From IMG/VR virus record IMGVR_UViG_2912649904_000001, positions 25,860 through 89,859 of that record: 64,000 nucleotides of DNA; one strand, given 5' to 3'. Below are positions 28,489 to 37,747 of the stretch, one piece after another. Position 1 is the first letter of the stretch. Each line of letters starts with the position of its first letter. A program made the translations under genes and the position numbers. This stretch comes from a virus (Duplodnaviria; Caudoviricetes). The notes beneath the pieces are model-generated. The model was not told the DNA's origin, ran no database searches, and saw only the letters and a list, made by a program, of their open reading frames with translations.

Positions 28489-29118
28489 TCAGCCCGCGAG
28501 GTTCTCTTCGCCGAGGCTGGTGAGCGTCACGGCCTGGCCGCCGCGCAGATCGCCGGACGTGTCCACCACGGCCCAGCCCATATCGATGGCGTACTGGACC
28601 ATGGACCGTCGGGGGCAGGACCCGACCTCGACCTTCACTCCGTCTTCCTGGAGCGTGACGCCGTTGCGCCGGATGGCCTCCAGCACCACCCGCTCCTGAG
28701 AAGGCGTCGCCTTCCCGGCCTCGGTGCGCTCGTCTGCGGCCGGGACGTCGTCCTCGTCGACATCCAAGGTGTCGACGGCGTTGAGGAAGCGGCGCAGGCC
28801 CTCCTGCTCGGCCAGACGTGCGGCGTTGGCGACCAGGCTGGTGCTCATGCTCATCCCGTAGGAGAGCAGGGACTCCAGCGCCTCGGCCTTCTGCTTGGCC
28901 AGGCCCTCGCGGACGCCGTGACGCTCGATGCGCTGCATGAGCTGGCGCCAGGGCTTCGCGTTCGCGGAGGAGACCAGGGCGGCGTCGATGGCCATGGAGA
29001 GGTCGATCACGGCGCCCCTGCCGAGTTCGTCGGCCAACCGGGTGCGGGCCTCCTCGTCGGCCTTGAAGGCGCGCTCGGCGCGGTGGGTGAGGCAGCGAAG
29101 GGCAGTCGTGGCGTCCAT
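28489..29118 (-). CDS. Hypothetical protein with possible C-terminal winged helix
   Basis: GAAAGGA RBS; TPSQERVVLEAI...VTLTSLG. Confidence 0.6.
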   Translation of the reverse strand: MDATTALRCLTHRAERAFKADEEARTRLADELGRGAVIDLSMAIDAALVSSANAKPWRQLMQRIERHGVREGLAKQKAEALESLLSYGMSMSTSLVANAARLAEQEGLRRFLNAVDTLDVDEDDVPAADERTEAGKATPSQERVVLEAIRRNGVTLQEDGVKVEVGSCPRRSMVQYAIDMGWAVVDTSGDLRGGQAVTLTSLGEENLAG

Positions 29119-29174
29119 GGCGGGTCCTTTCGGTGGGAGGGGGCGGGGCCGGTTGGCCCCGCCGGGGAGGTAGG

Positions 29175-29441
29175 TCAGCGGACGCACTTGGACGCCATGA
29201 AGGCGTCGACGATGGCGATCGTCTGGCCCCAGGTGGCTTCCGCGTCCATGTGTTCGGTGCCGCCGTAACCGAGCCGGCCGGTGACCCGCGCCTTGGCGGG
29301 GACCTCGTCCTCCCCGGGGGGCAGGTTGACCGTCCACGAGTAGCCGCCGTGGCTGACCTCGGTGAGTGCGCCGAGGTTGGTCTGCGTCCAGTTGGTTGCG
29401 ATCCCGGCCTTGGTGAGCACTTCTGCGATCACGGCGTCCAT
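29175..29441 (-). CDS. Hypothetical protein
   Basis: GAAAGGA RBS; first gene after motif A copy 3. Confidence 0.6.
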   Translation of the reverse strand: MDAVIAEVLTKAGIATNWTQTNLGALTEVSHGGYSWTVNLPPGEDEVPAKARVTGRLGYGGTEHMDAEATWGQTIAIVDAFMASKCVR

Positions 29442-29485
29442 CTCGTGTCCTTTCGGGGTGGTTTGTTGATCTACATACATCCTTC

Positions 29486-29515
29486 CACAAGTTCACTTTG
29501 GAAAACTCATTTGGG
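29486..29515 (-). promoter_or_regulatory. Motif A, copy 3
   Basis: CACAAGTTCACTTTGGAAAACTCATTTGGG. Confidence 0.75.
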
Positions 29516-29585
29516 GGCTGAGTATTCACGGAATATCAGCGAGTTGACCTGCGGAAATACCCTTCACGCAGCCTTGATCATTCTA

Positions 29586-29607
29586 GATATTGGGTACCCA
29601 CTATCCT
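29586..29607 (+). promoter_or_regulatory. Motif B core overlapping -10 (TATCCT) of leaderless HTH gene
   Basis: GATATTGGGTACCCACTATC; -10 ends 6 nt before ATG 29614. Confidence 0.75.
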
Positions 29608-29613
29608 TCGGTT

Positions 29614-29901
29614 ATGGATCAAAGCCAGCTACCGGAGCCATACGCCTCCCTCGCCCGCCTCGCTGACGGGGAACCCACTCTCGACCAGGCCGCGGCCCTC
29701 ACCCGCGCGCTTGAGAACGTCCCCGCCCTGCAACGCTGGCTCAAGGCGCAACGCGGCCGGGTCGTCTCCGACCTCCGTCAGAACCACAGCCGCAAGGAAA
29801 TCGCGTCGCGCATCAACTGCACGCCGCAGCGCGTCAGCGACATCCTTCAAGGGCACAGCCGAGGGGCTGGCCCCCGCCGCACAGTCAGGCCCGAAGACTG
29901 A
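29614..29901 (+). CDS. Small HTH regulator
   Basis: HSRKEIASRINCTPQRVSDIL. Confidence 0.8.
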   Translation: MDQSQLPEPYASLARLADGEPTLDQAAALTRALENVPALQRWLKAQRGRVVSDLRQNHSRKEIASRINCTPQRVSDILQGHSRGAGPRRTVRPED

Positions 29902-29918
29902 CCGGCCAGTCCGCACAC

Positions 29919-29956
29919 GAAGGCGCCCCGCACACTTCCCTGTGCGGGGCGCCTTC
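29919..29956. terminator. Bidirectional terminator hairpin
   Basis: GAAGGCGCCCCGCACA / TGTGCGGGGCGCCTTC between convergent genes. Confidence 0.85.
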
Positions 29957-29971
29957 TCGTGCCGGACGCGG

Positions 29972-30418
29972 TCAGCTCCCGACGATCCGTCGAAGGTCAG
30001 CGAGGACCGGGCCAATGTCCTCGTATCCGAACTCGATGTGGCTGATCGCCTTTTCCCCCTGGTACTCGCCGTACTGATGCGAGTTCGGCGCGGTCACCAG
30101 GAGGCGACCGTCGCGCAGCTCCGCTCCCGCCCCGTCCGCATGACTGCCACTCCTCCACCACTTCTGGTAGGAGCCGTGCTCGACGATCTGCTCCAGCGCG
30201 GCGACCAGCGCGAGCGGTTCCCCGGGCGCGGCCACCGTCCTCTTGTCGACAAGTTGCCAGGCAGCGTCCCGCTCGGCGCCGGTCATCTTGCCCTGGTGGA
30301 AGTGCTTTCGCAGGTAACCGTCCATGTACTTTGCGGCGGTCACGTACGCCGATTCGCGGCGCACCTCCACCACGTACCACGGGCTCATCTGCTCGGTGGG
30401 TTCCAGTACGGCCGCCAT
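29972..30418 (-). CDS. Hypothetical protein
   Basis: AAGGAGG RBS. Confidence 0.65.
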   Translation of the reverse strand: MAAVLEPTEQMSPWYVVEVRRESAYVTAAKYMDGYLRKHFHQGKMTGAERDAAWQLVDKRTVAAPGEPLALVAALEQIVEHGSYQKWWRSGSHADGAGAELRDGRLLVTAPNSHQYGEYQGEKAISHIEFGYEDIGPVLADLRRIVGS

Positions 30419-30484
30419 GAGGGGCCTCCTTCGGTGTCAGGTGGGTTGGTGTCTGCGGTGCCTGCGTCGACGGTGAGAGGGGGG

Positions 30485-31540
30485 TCAGGTGGCGCCGAAC
30501 AGCTCAAGTTGTTCGGCGTCGTCGGGTACGGCTGGGAGAGGCGGGAGTTCCTGAGCGCGCATCGTCGTGGGCCAGGGAATCTGCGGCTTTGGCGTCGGAT
30601 GCTCGGCCTCGGCTCGCAGTTCGGCGACGAGACCGGGGTCGATGCGGTGCTCGGCGATCTCCTCAGCCGTAGGGACCCAGCCCGTGGGGATCGACCGCCC
30701 GAGCCGGTGAGTGATGCCCTGCACTGTGGCCCACACGCTGTACAGCCGGTCGTCGCGTTCCTCCCATGCGTGCTTCGCGTCCATGGCTTCGCGTAGCGCG
30801 TTTGCTTCGGCTCTCCGATTCCGGTCGTTCTCGGCGCTTGCGCGGTTCCGGCGGGCAACTTCCTCGCCATCGAGGAGAGGACGGAGCGGGCCGCGGTCCT
30901 CTTTGCGGTCCTTCACGGCTGGGGCGGGCTGCCAGCGCCGCCACAGGGTCAGCGCTTCCCGGCCGTCGGCGGTCACTGCGATCCGTCGCCCTGGACGGGT
31001 GAGGAACCCGGCCTTCAGAAGGGGCGCGAGGCGGGACTCATCGAGGGCGCGTCCAGGGCCGCCGGGCGCCAGGTAGTAGCGCAGCGCTCCGTCCGGGGCG
31101 TAGTGGAGCTGACTGGCTGCGGCGGCGGCCATCAAGTCGGCTTGGCCAGTGGACCAGTTGAGGTGTTGAGCGCGCTTCTGCTGCCGGGCGCGTTCACGGC
31201 GTTCGGCAAGGACCGTGGCGGGGACCGGGGGCGGGGGCTGCTCGCGGACCCGGTCCCCGAAGTTGGCGATGGACGTCAGCGGCCGGTCGCTCGGGTATTG
31301 CACCGAGACCCGGAAAGGGAATGGTCCGGCCGCTGCCTGCCGCTCGATGTCGTCGGCGTGGGCAGCGATCGTCTCCTCCGCGTGCCTGGTGAGGACCAGC
31401 ACGTAGGTGCCGATCCTCTCCCCGTCACGGTCGGCGCCCTCAACGCGGAAGTCCTTCCCGCGCCCCTGGGCGAGGCCAAGGCCGCGCAGGATGCGCGCGA
31501 TGGCCACGGTCGGGGAGTTGGGTTGGCTGGTCTTCGTCAT
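30485..31540 (-). CDS. Hypothetical protein ending in QLELF
   Basis: AAGGAG RBS; possible internal wHTH. Confidence 0.65.
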   Translation of the reverse strand: MTKTSQPNSPTVAIARILRGLGLAQGRGKDFRVEGADRDGERIGTYVLVLTRHAEETIAAHADDIERQAAAGPFPFRVSVQYPSDRPLTSIANFGDRVREQPPPPVPATVLAERRERARQQKRAQHLNWSTGQADLMAAAAASQLHYAPDGALRYYLAPGGPGRALDESRLAPLLKAGFLTRPGRRIAVTADGREALTLWRRWQPAPAVKDRKEDRGPLRPLLDGEEVARRNRASAENDRNRRAEANALREAMDAKHAWEERDDRLYSVWATVQGITHRLGRSIPTGWVPTAEEIAEHRIDPGLVAELRAEAEHPTPKPQIPWPTTMRAQELPPLPAVPDDAEQLELFGAT

Positions 31541-31572
31541 GGGCTGAGATCTCCTTGGACAGGCCGGGCCGG

Positions 31573-32580
31573 TCAGCGTCCGTCGTTGGCGGCCAGTTCG
31601 ATCACCAGCGGCCACCCGGCGTGCTGCGCCTCGTCAAGGGCGTTGTCGTGGGCCTCCTGGTGGTCGGGGACCACGTCGCCGTCGCGAACCATGCCGCTGG
31701 TGGCTGCGTGGAATCCGTCGACGACTTCGGCGGCCTGGTCGGCAAGGTCGTCAAGGGCGGCCTGCCGGGCGAACTCCGGTCGGAGGTCGGTCCAGAAGTA
31801 GCCGCACCCGGGCTCAGGCTTGCCCTCGAAGGAGCGAGCGGCGACCACATACACATCCACCGTTTCCTGCTCGACCATGAACCAGGCAAGGACCTTCGCC
31901 CACGCCTTCTCGGTGGTGTACTCCTCCACCAGGTACGTGAACGGGCCCTCGCCGTCGAGCCGTCCGGGACCGGCGACGGACACCGTGAAGTCGCGCGCTG
32001 TCTGCTTGTAGTCGTACGGCAGGTCGTAGAGCGGGCCCCGCTCGGCGACCTCGTCGACCCGATGGGCGGCGGGCATCTCCGGCTTCTCGGACCGCGCGGC
32101 CTTCTGGCTGGCGGCCTTGCGGGTCAGCCAGTCCAATTCGGCCGCGCCGCGCAGTTCGTTGAGGAGCTGGAGCTGCTTGCCGATGCCGAGTCCGGCCAGC
32201 GGCGCCTTAGCGTCCGGCCACACCTGGCGTGCGGCCTGGACGTAGGCGGCTCCGGCGAGGATGGTCACCTCGCGGGCGCGGTCCACGCCGAGCTTGCGGG
32301 CCTGCGCCTGGAGCAGCAGGTCCGATACCGCATCGCGGTCGCCGATGTGGGTGTCGTAAGGCTCCAGCTCGGTGTCGAGGGTGACGAGGCCATGGCGGGC
32401 GCTGAGCACGAGGACCAGGGCGTCATGCTGCTCGGCGAGCGAGGCGGCTGCTCCCCAGCAGGCGCGGAAGTACGAGCCTGTGTACAGCTCGCGTGCGGGG
32501 GCCGTGTGATCGAGCTTCTTCACGGAGCAGGCGATCACGTAGACGCGGTCGGTGCGGGACGTGGGCGGCACAGTGGCCAT
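31573..32580 (-). CDS. DUF6884-like domain fused to unknown C-terminal domain
   Basis: VIACS-KK...PARELYTGSYF...VLSARHGL...EPYD...GIGKQL. Confidence 0.75.
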   Translation of the reverse strand: MATVPPTSRTDRVYVIACSVKKLDHTAPARELYTGSYFRACWGAAASLAEQHDALVLVLSARHGLVTLDTELEPYDTHIGDRDAVSDLLLQAQARKLGVDRAREVTILAGAAYVQAARQVWPDAKAPLAGLGIGKQLQLLNELRGAAELDWLTRKAASQKAARSEKPEMPAAHRVDEVAERGPLYDLPYDYKQTARDFTVSVAGPGRLDGEGPFTYLVEEYTTEKAWAKVLAWFMVEQETVDVYVVAARSFEGKPEPGCGYFWTDLRPEFARQAALDDLADQAAEVVDGFHAATSGMVRDGDVVPDHQEAHDNALDEAQHAGWPLVIELAANDGR

Positions 32581-32712
32581 CTGGGGTCCTTTCGTCGGTG
32601 GCCGGGTGGTGTCCGGACGCTGTCCGGGCAGGTGACGCGAGGTGCGCACCGACTGTCCGGACAGCGCCCGGACACGCGTCCGGGACGTGTCCGGGGCGTG
32701 TCCGGGCGACAG

Positions 32713-33363
32713 TCAGGCCGGGGTGAGGGCGTTGACGAGGGCGCGGGCGAATTCGCCGGACACCTCGTGGCGGTGGCCGGTGATGTGGCGTCGGGCCTCG
32801 TCGCGGTCGCTGGTGTGGCGGGCGAAGCCGCACTCGCAGATCGCGACGCTCGCCGACGAGTTCCGCCGCGCGCCGCCGCCCGGCGGGTAGCGGTACCCGT
32901 CCGGCTCGGTGGTGCGGGTGCGGTGGTCGCGGGCGAACAGGCCGATCTGCGCCGTGAGGGACTGCCGAACCTGGTTGCGGTCGTCGACTACGACCAGGCC
33001 ACGTGCCCGGAGGCGGGCGGTCGCTGCCGGGGGGATGAGCCAGATGCCGCCAGTCATGACCCGCTTGATGGGGTCGTACTGGGCGTCGCGGACGGAGTCG
33101 ATGAGCAGCAGGTCGGAGCAGGTCGCGTCGGTCAGGGCCTTCGCGACGGGCAGGTGCGGCCGGAGCCGGATCGAGCGGGGGTGGCTGGTGACGTGCTCGC
33201 CGACCTGCCGGTGCGCGGTCCAGGAGATGAGCATCCCGCCGTCGGTGGTCACGTCGATGTCGAAGTTGCGGCGCACGGCCCGGCCGAGGAGCCACAGGGC
33301 CTGTCCCTCAGTGGCGTTGCCCTCGGTGGTGCCGCCGATGTGGGTGACGGTCTCGTAGAACAT
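32713..33363 (-). CDS. Hypothetical protein
   Basis: C-terminal CECG...H..H zinc motif. Confidence 0.6.
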   Translation of the reverse strand: MFYETVTHIGGTTEGNATEGQALWLLGRAVRRNFDIDVTTDGGMLISWTAHRQVGEHVTSHPRSIRLRPHLPVAKALTDATCSDLLLIDSVRDAQYDPIKRVMTGGIWLIPPAATARLRARGLVVVDDRNQVRQSLTAQIGLFARDHRTRTTEPDGYRYPPGGGARRNSSASVAICECGFARHTSDRDEARRHITGHRHEVSGEFARALVNALTPA

Positions 33364-33380
33364 GCTGGGCCCTTCGCTGG

Positions 33381-33854
33381 TCAGGCGGCGTCGGAGTAGA
33401 GGGCGTGGACCAGGTCGGCCCATCCCCGGTGAACGTCGATCAGCGCGTCGAGGGCAGCCATCGCCATCTCGTCGTTGCAGTCGTTGATGCGGTCCAGAGC
33501 GCCCAGGCGCCAGGCGCGCAGCGAGTTGGCGTGCGCGCGGGTGGTGGAGTGCGGCAGGTCCAGCGCGGGCAGTGTGGGCAATTCGCCGGTGACGGGCGCG
33601 GTGACGTAGGGGAGGAGGATCGTCGGGACGTCGGTGGCCGCCAGGCAACGGCGGGCGGCCTTCAGCGCGGCCTTGGTGGCGTCGTCGAGTTGCCCGGTGA
33701 GGTCGTCGGTCGAGTCGAGGAGCGCGGCCGAGGCGTCGTGGAGGTGGCGTGCGGCGGCCTCGTAGGCGCGGCGCTGGGGGTGGATCATGGCGCGCCCGCG
33801 TACCAGGTTGCCGAGCAGCCGGGCGCGGGTCGCTGCCTTCGCGTGTGCGTTCAC
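33381..33854 (-). CDS. Hypothetical protein
   Basis: AAGGA RBS; helical. Confidence 0.55.
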   Translation of the reverse strand: MNAHAKAATRARLLGNLVRGRAMIHPQRRAYEAAARHLHDASAALLDSTDDLTGQLDDATKAALKAARRCLAATDVPTILLPYVTAPVTGELPTLPALDLPHSTTRAHANSLRAWRLGALDRINDCNDEMAMAALDALIDVHRGWADLVHALYSDAA

Positions 33855-33879
33855 GATGCTGTCCTTCGGGTTCGAGTGG

Positions 33880-34227
33880 TCAGGCGGCGGCCATCGCGGC
33901 GGCGGCCGAGTGGTAGCAGGCGATGGAGCGCAGGCCGGCCGGGCAGTTGCAGTTGCCGGTGATGGCGGTGCGGTAGACCTCGCTGCCGTCGTCGGAGACG
34001 ACGAGGAAGATCCGGTTCGCGCGGAGGGGGATCACGGCGCCCAGCTCCAGGAGCTCGACAGCCTTGGTGACTTGCCAGCCGTGGTGTCCGCCCTGGTTGG
34101 TGCGGGCGGCGCGGTGGATCTTGCGGCGGCACTTCGGGCCGTAGCCGTCGGGGCTGGGGCGGCGCAGGATGCGGCGGCACTTGAGGCACCGGGCCGGGTG
34201 GTTCGTGGTGGTGGCTTGAGTGCTCAT
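33880..34227 (-). CDS. Zinc-finger protein (DUF6011-like + SWIM-like)
   Basis: CLKC-R-L...GYGPKC and CNC...CYH. Confidence 0.7.
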   Translation of the reverse strand: MSTQATTTNHPARCLKCRRILRRPSPDGYGPKCRRKIHRAARTNQGGHHGWQVTKAVELLELGAVIPLRANRIFLVVSDDGSEVYRTAITGNCNCPAGLRSIACYHSAAAAMAAA

Positions 34228-34279
34228 GTCGCGCCCCTTTCGCCTTACTTGGTGGTGTGGTGTGACATTCACCATCTTA

Positions 34280-34309
34280 CCCAAGTCAACTTTGGAAAAT
34301 CCATTTGGG
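34280..34309 (-). promoter_or_regulatory. Motif A, copy 4
   Basis: CCCAAGTCAACTTTGGAAAATCCATTTGGG, followed on minus strand by TAAGAT. Confidence 0.8.
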
Positions 34310-34446
34310 AAACCTGGATTGGCAAAAGGACAGCAAAGATCGGCGTGTCCGGACGCCCCCCCGGACAACCCCGGACAACCGGTCCGGACAGCACGACGCC
34401 CCGCCCTCCCACCAGGGAGAACGGGGCGTCCGGATGTGTCCGGCGG

Positions 34447-34950
34447 CTACTGCGCGGGCTCGGCCGCCGGCCGCTTGCACTGGTCGTGGCGGTCGCAGTT
34501 ACACCGCTTGCAGTCCACGCACATCTGGCCGGCCACCAGGCCGCAGGCGCCGCACCCGCCGGTCGCGTCCAGTTCGGCATCGTCGAGCGCGATACACAGG
34601 TCCACCAGCGCCTTGTGGTTGAAGCGACGCCGGGGCCTGCACTTCCCGTCGCAGAACTCCGGCCCACCCAGCAGCACCGAGTCGTCGTCAGGGTGCCCTT
34701 CGCACTGGAACGCGCACGGGTCGCCGGGCTCGACCGTGATCGTCACCGCGTGCGCCTTCAGCACGCCCTCGCCGCCGTTGTCCGCCTGCGACCGCGCCGC
34801 ATCCACCGCCGCGATGGTCTGCGGGTAGTCGTTGATCTCCTGGTTCTGTGCACGGTGCACGCCGAAGACGAGCGTCCGCAGCTCGACGTCGTCCTTGCAG
34901 TCGAACTGCTGCTCCTCGATGGCGGGGTGCTCGATGGTGACCTGATACAT
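34447..34950 (-). CDS. Cys-rich hypothetical protein
   Basis: AAGGAG RBS; several CxxC. Confidence 0.6.
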   Translation of the reverse strand: MYQVTIEHPAIEEQQFDCKDDVELRTLVFGVHRAQNQEINDYPQTIAAVDAARSQADNGGEGVLKAHAVTITVEPGDPCAFQCEGHPDDDSVLLGGPEFCDGKCRPRRRFNHKALVDLCIALDDAELDATGGCGACGLVAGQMCVDCKRCNCDRHDQCKRPAAEPAQ

Positions 34951-34987
34951 GCCGTGCTCCTTCATCGTGTTGGCTGGGGGGGGCGGG

Positions 34988-36229
34988 TCAGCAGGGGAGG
35001 GCGGGCGCGATGCGCTCGACGGCGACGATGTCCCAGGCCGCGCTCTCCACGGACATGCCGAGCGTCCAGGGCGCCCGGTAGGTGGCGTGACGGTCACCCT
35101 TGTCGACGCCGTACACCCGGGCCCAGAACTGCGGGGCGGGGGCGGCCGAGATGCCGGTGTCCAGGACGGTCAGGCGCGCGCCGTGCGCGTGGAGGATGTC
35201 GCCGGGCACCACGGACAGTCGGGGGACCTCCAGGGCGATCCGCTGGTTCCCTTCCGCGTGCAGCTCGGCCAGCGCTGCCGGGTCGGCCTGCGCGAGGTAG
35301 CGCAGGGCATCGCCGAGGTCGCGCACGGCCATGGCGTGCTCCTCGCCTGTCGGCGCCTGGGGGCCACGCAGGACGGCGGCCGAGGTGCGCGCCGCGCACT
35401 TCGCCTCGTCGACGCGGGAGGTGTCAACGAGTTCGCAGCGGTCCGCTCGCCAGGCCGAGCCTTCTTCGGTCTCGACCCAGGTGTGCGGGCCGCTGCGCAT
35501 CAGGCTCGCGACGGTGCGGGTGCCGCCGTCCGTACACACGATCCGCTCGCCCTTCTTGAACGGCTGCGGCTGGTGCAGGGGGTCCAGGTCGACGCCGCAC
35601 GCGGCGGCCTGTGCCATCGCCTTCTCGACGCTCGCGGCGTACCGGCCGTCTTCGATCTCGTGCGCGGGGCCGGTGAGCTTGTGCAGCTCGCCGTTTCGGG
35701 TGGTCAGGGCGACGGGCCAGGCGTCCGTCAGGATGGCGACGATGCCTTCGCCGGGGATCACGAGCAGGTCGCCGTCGTGGATGCCGTCGCCCTGTGAGGC
35801 GTCGTACGCCTCGGCGGTGCAGTCGAAGCGGTGCACGGCCGGGTTGGTAATGGGCGGGCGGGCGGGTTCGGGCGGGTTGGCGCCGTCCTTCTCGGCTGCC
35901 GCGAGGGCGGCCTCGCGGGAGGTGGCGCGGTCGCGTGCGTGGTCGACACAGGAGGGGCAGAAGTCGGCGACGCGGGCGGCGCGGGTCTCGTCCAGGTCGC
36001 GGGCCTTGCGCCGGTCGCACAGCGTCATCGGGGCGAACGGGTCGGCGAGGTGGGGGGCGTCGAAGTCGTCTTCGCCGTCGGTGCGGACGGCGGTGACGTC
36101 GGCGCGGGCGCGGAGGTCGGCCATGTTGGCGCGGGCCTGGTCGGCGTCGGTGACGGTGGCGCCGAGAGCGAAGGCGGCGGACGCGAGGGGGGAGGCGGAG
36201 GCCAGGCGCTCCGCGTAGGACTCGGTCAC
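34988..36229 (-). CDS. Multidomain hypothetical protein
   Basis: GAAAGG RBS; first gene after motif A copy 5. Confidence 0.65.
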   Translation of the reverse strand: MTESYAERLASASPLASAAFALGATVTDADQARANMADLRARADVTAVRTDGEDDFDAPHLADPFAPMTLCDRRKARDLDETRAARVADFCPSCVDHARDRATSREAALAAAEKDGANPPEPARPPITNPAVHRFDCTAEAYDASQGDGIHDGDLLVIPGEGIVAILTDAWPVALTTRNGELHKLTGPAHEIEDGRYAASVEKAMAQAAACGVDLDPLHQPQPFKKGERIVCTDGGTRTVASLMRSGPHTWVETEEGSAWRADRCELVDTSRVDEAKCAARTSAAVLRGPQAPTGEEHAMAVRDLGDALRYLAQADPAALAELHAEGNQRIALEVPRLSVVPGDILHAHGARLTVLDTGISAAPAPQFWARVYGVDKGDRHATYRAPWTLGMSVESAAWDIVAVERIAPALPC

Positions 36230-36275
36230 TATTCGGGCCTTTCGTGTGATGGTGGGTGGTTCACCATCAATTATA

Positions 36276-36305
36276 CCCAAGTTAACTTTGGAAAAACCAT
36301 TTGGG
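36276..36305 (-). promoter_or_regulatory. Motif A, copy 5
   Basis: CCCAAGTTAACTTTGGAAAAACCATTTGGG, followed on minus strand by TATAAT. Confidence 0.8.
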
Positions 36306-36597
36306 TTTGACGTTTTTGCAGGTCAGCGCCCTGCGAGCGGCAGCGCCTCGACCGTCACCGCAGGGCGGGGCGAGGCGGGGCGAGGCGCCGACCTGCCCGG
36401 AGTCGTCAGGTGTCGCCAAGCGCGTCGGGGTGGACCGGGCAGGGCCCGAACCCGCTGCCTTGGCTGGCGAGATGGGCGTGACGGCGCCCGCTGAAGCTGC
36501 ACGCCGCCTTCGGGTCCTCGTCGCAGAACTCGACGCACGTGCAGTCCTGCACCTCGTCGACGGACGCGCCTTCCTGGTGGGCGGCCACGGCGTGGCC

Positions 36598-37620
36598 TCA
36601 GTGGTTCGCAGCCTTGGGCACCTTGACGTCGGGCCTGTGCGCGAAGACGCACCGCGAGGAACGCAGCATCCTCTCCGTCGCCCAGCCGCGCTCCTTCATG
36701 CGCTCCGCGAGGATGTCGAGGCATGGACCGTGCCAGGGGTCGTCGCGGCGGACGGCCCGGCCGCCTTCCAGCCAGTAGAGGGCGACGCGCCCGTGGGTAC
36801 GCGGGTCGATGACGTACCCGCGAACATTCCGCTGCTCGTCGACGGGTTCGCTGATGTCGTGATGGTCAGTCAGCGTGGCGTAGGCGAGGCCACTCAGGAC
36901 CTCGCGAGCGGCTGCGACATCGGGGTCCGTCACGTGCTTGGGGGTGCAGCCCTGGGCGGTGCCTTCGTGCTGGACTACTACCCCTTCAATGGGTTGTCCG
37001 GACACATCCGGGGCGGTGCCGGTCGCGTCCGGCTCGGCATCCTCGTCGTTGTCCGTGAAGATCCGCACGGTCAGGTCGAGTTCCCCGTCGGGGGCCATCG
37101 CCAGGCGGTGGGACAGCTCAGGGAAGGCACCTTCCTTGCCGTCGGTCAGCGCGTTCACGGCGGCGCGGACGCGGTCGGCATGGTCGCGCTGGAAGGTCAT
37201 CGCGCGGCGCTCGGTGTCGCCGTTGGCGAGGGCGTCGGCGTACACCGGGTCGTGCGCGCGCAGGTAGTCCAGGGCGGCACCCAAGCGGGCAAGGGCTTCC
37301 CGCCAGTCCTGGCTGGCGGGGTCGGGGTCGGTGCGCACGCGGGCGGCAGCCTCGTTCGCCTCCTGGCGGTGGGCGGCGATGGCTTCGCGGGTGGCCGCTT
37401 CGGCGTACCGCTCACGCTCGTCGGCCATGCGGCGTGCGACGGTCACGCATACGCCGCAGAAGCGGTCGGTGGCCTCGATCTCCTCGACGGTGAGGCGCCG
37501 GATGGTGGGCCTGCCGCACAGGCCCATGCCGGTGTCGTGGGCGTAGTGGGCAAGTAGGCCCTTGCCCAGCCTGGCGGGGTGGACGTTCGCGCGCTCGTGG
37601 AGCGGACGGTTGCCGGTCAT
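36598..37620 (-). CDS. Hypothetical protein
   Basis: AAAGGA RBS; N-terminal H...C...CxxC. Confidence 0.65.
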   Translation of the reverse strand: MTGNRPLHERANVHPARLGKGLLAHYAHDTGMGLCGRPTIRRLTVEEIEATDRFCGVCVTVARRMADERERYAEAATREAIAAHRQEANEAAARVRTDPDPASQDWREALARLGAALDYLRAHDPVYADALANGDTERRAMTFQRDHADRVRAAVNALTDGKEGAFPELSHRLAMAPDGELDLTVRIFTDNDEDAEPDATGTAPDVSGQPIEGVVVQHEGTAQGCTPKHVTDPDVAAAREVLSGLAYATLTDHHDISEPVDEQRNVRGYVIDPRTHGRVALYWLEGGRAVRRDDPWHGPCLDILAERMKERGWATERMLRSSRCVFAHRPDVKVPKAANH

Positions 37621-37661
37621 TTGGGATCCTTTGGTCGGGTGGTGTGTACAGCACCATCATA

Positions 37662-37747
37662 CCCAAATGGATTTTGGAAATATCATTTGGGTGCGAGTTT
37701 TTGCAGGCCCCCGGGACACCAGCGCGTTTGCCAAAGTCGCCTTGTGG
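37662..37747. promoter_or_regulatory. Motif A copies 6 (leftward) and 7 (inverted, before HTH gene)
   Basis: CCCAAATGGATTTTGGAAATATCATTTGGG with TATGAT; TTTGCCAAAGTCGCCTTGTGG at 37727-37747. Confidence 0.7.
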
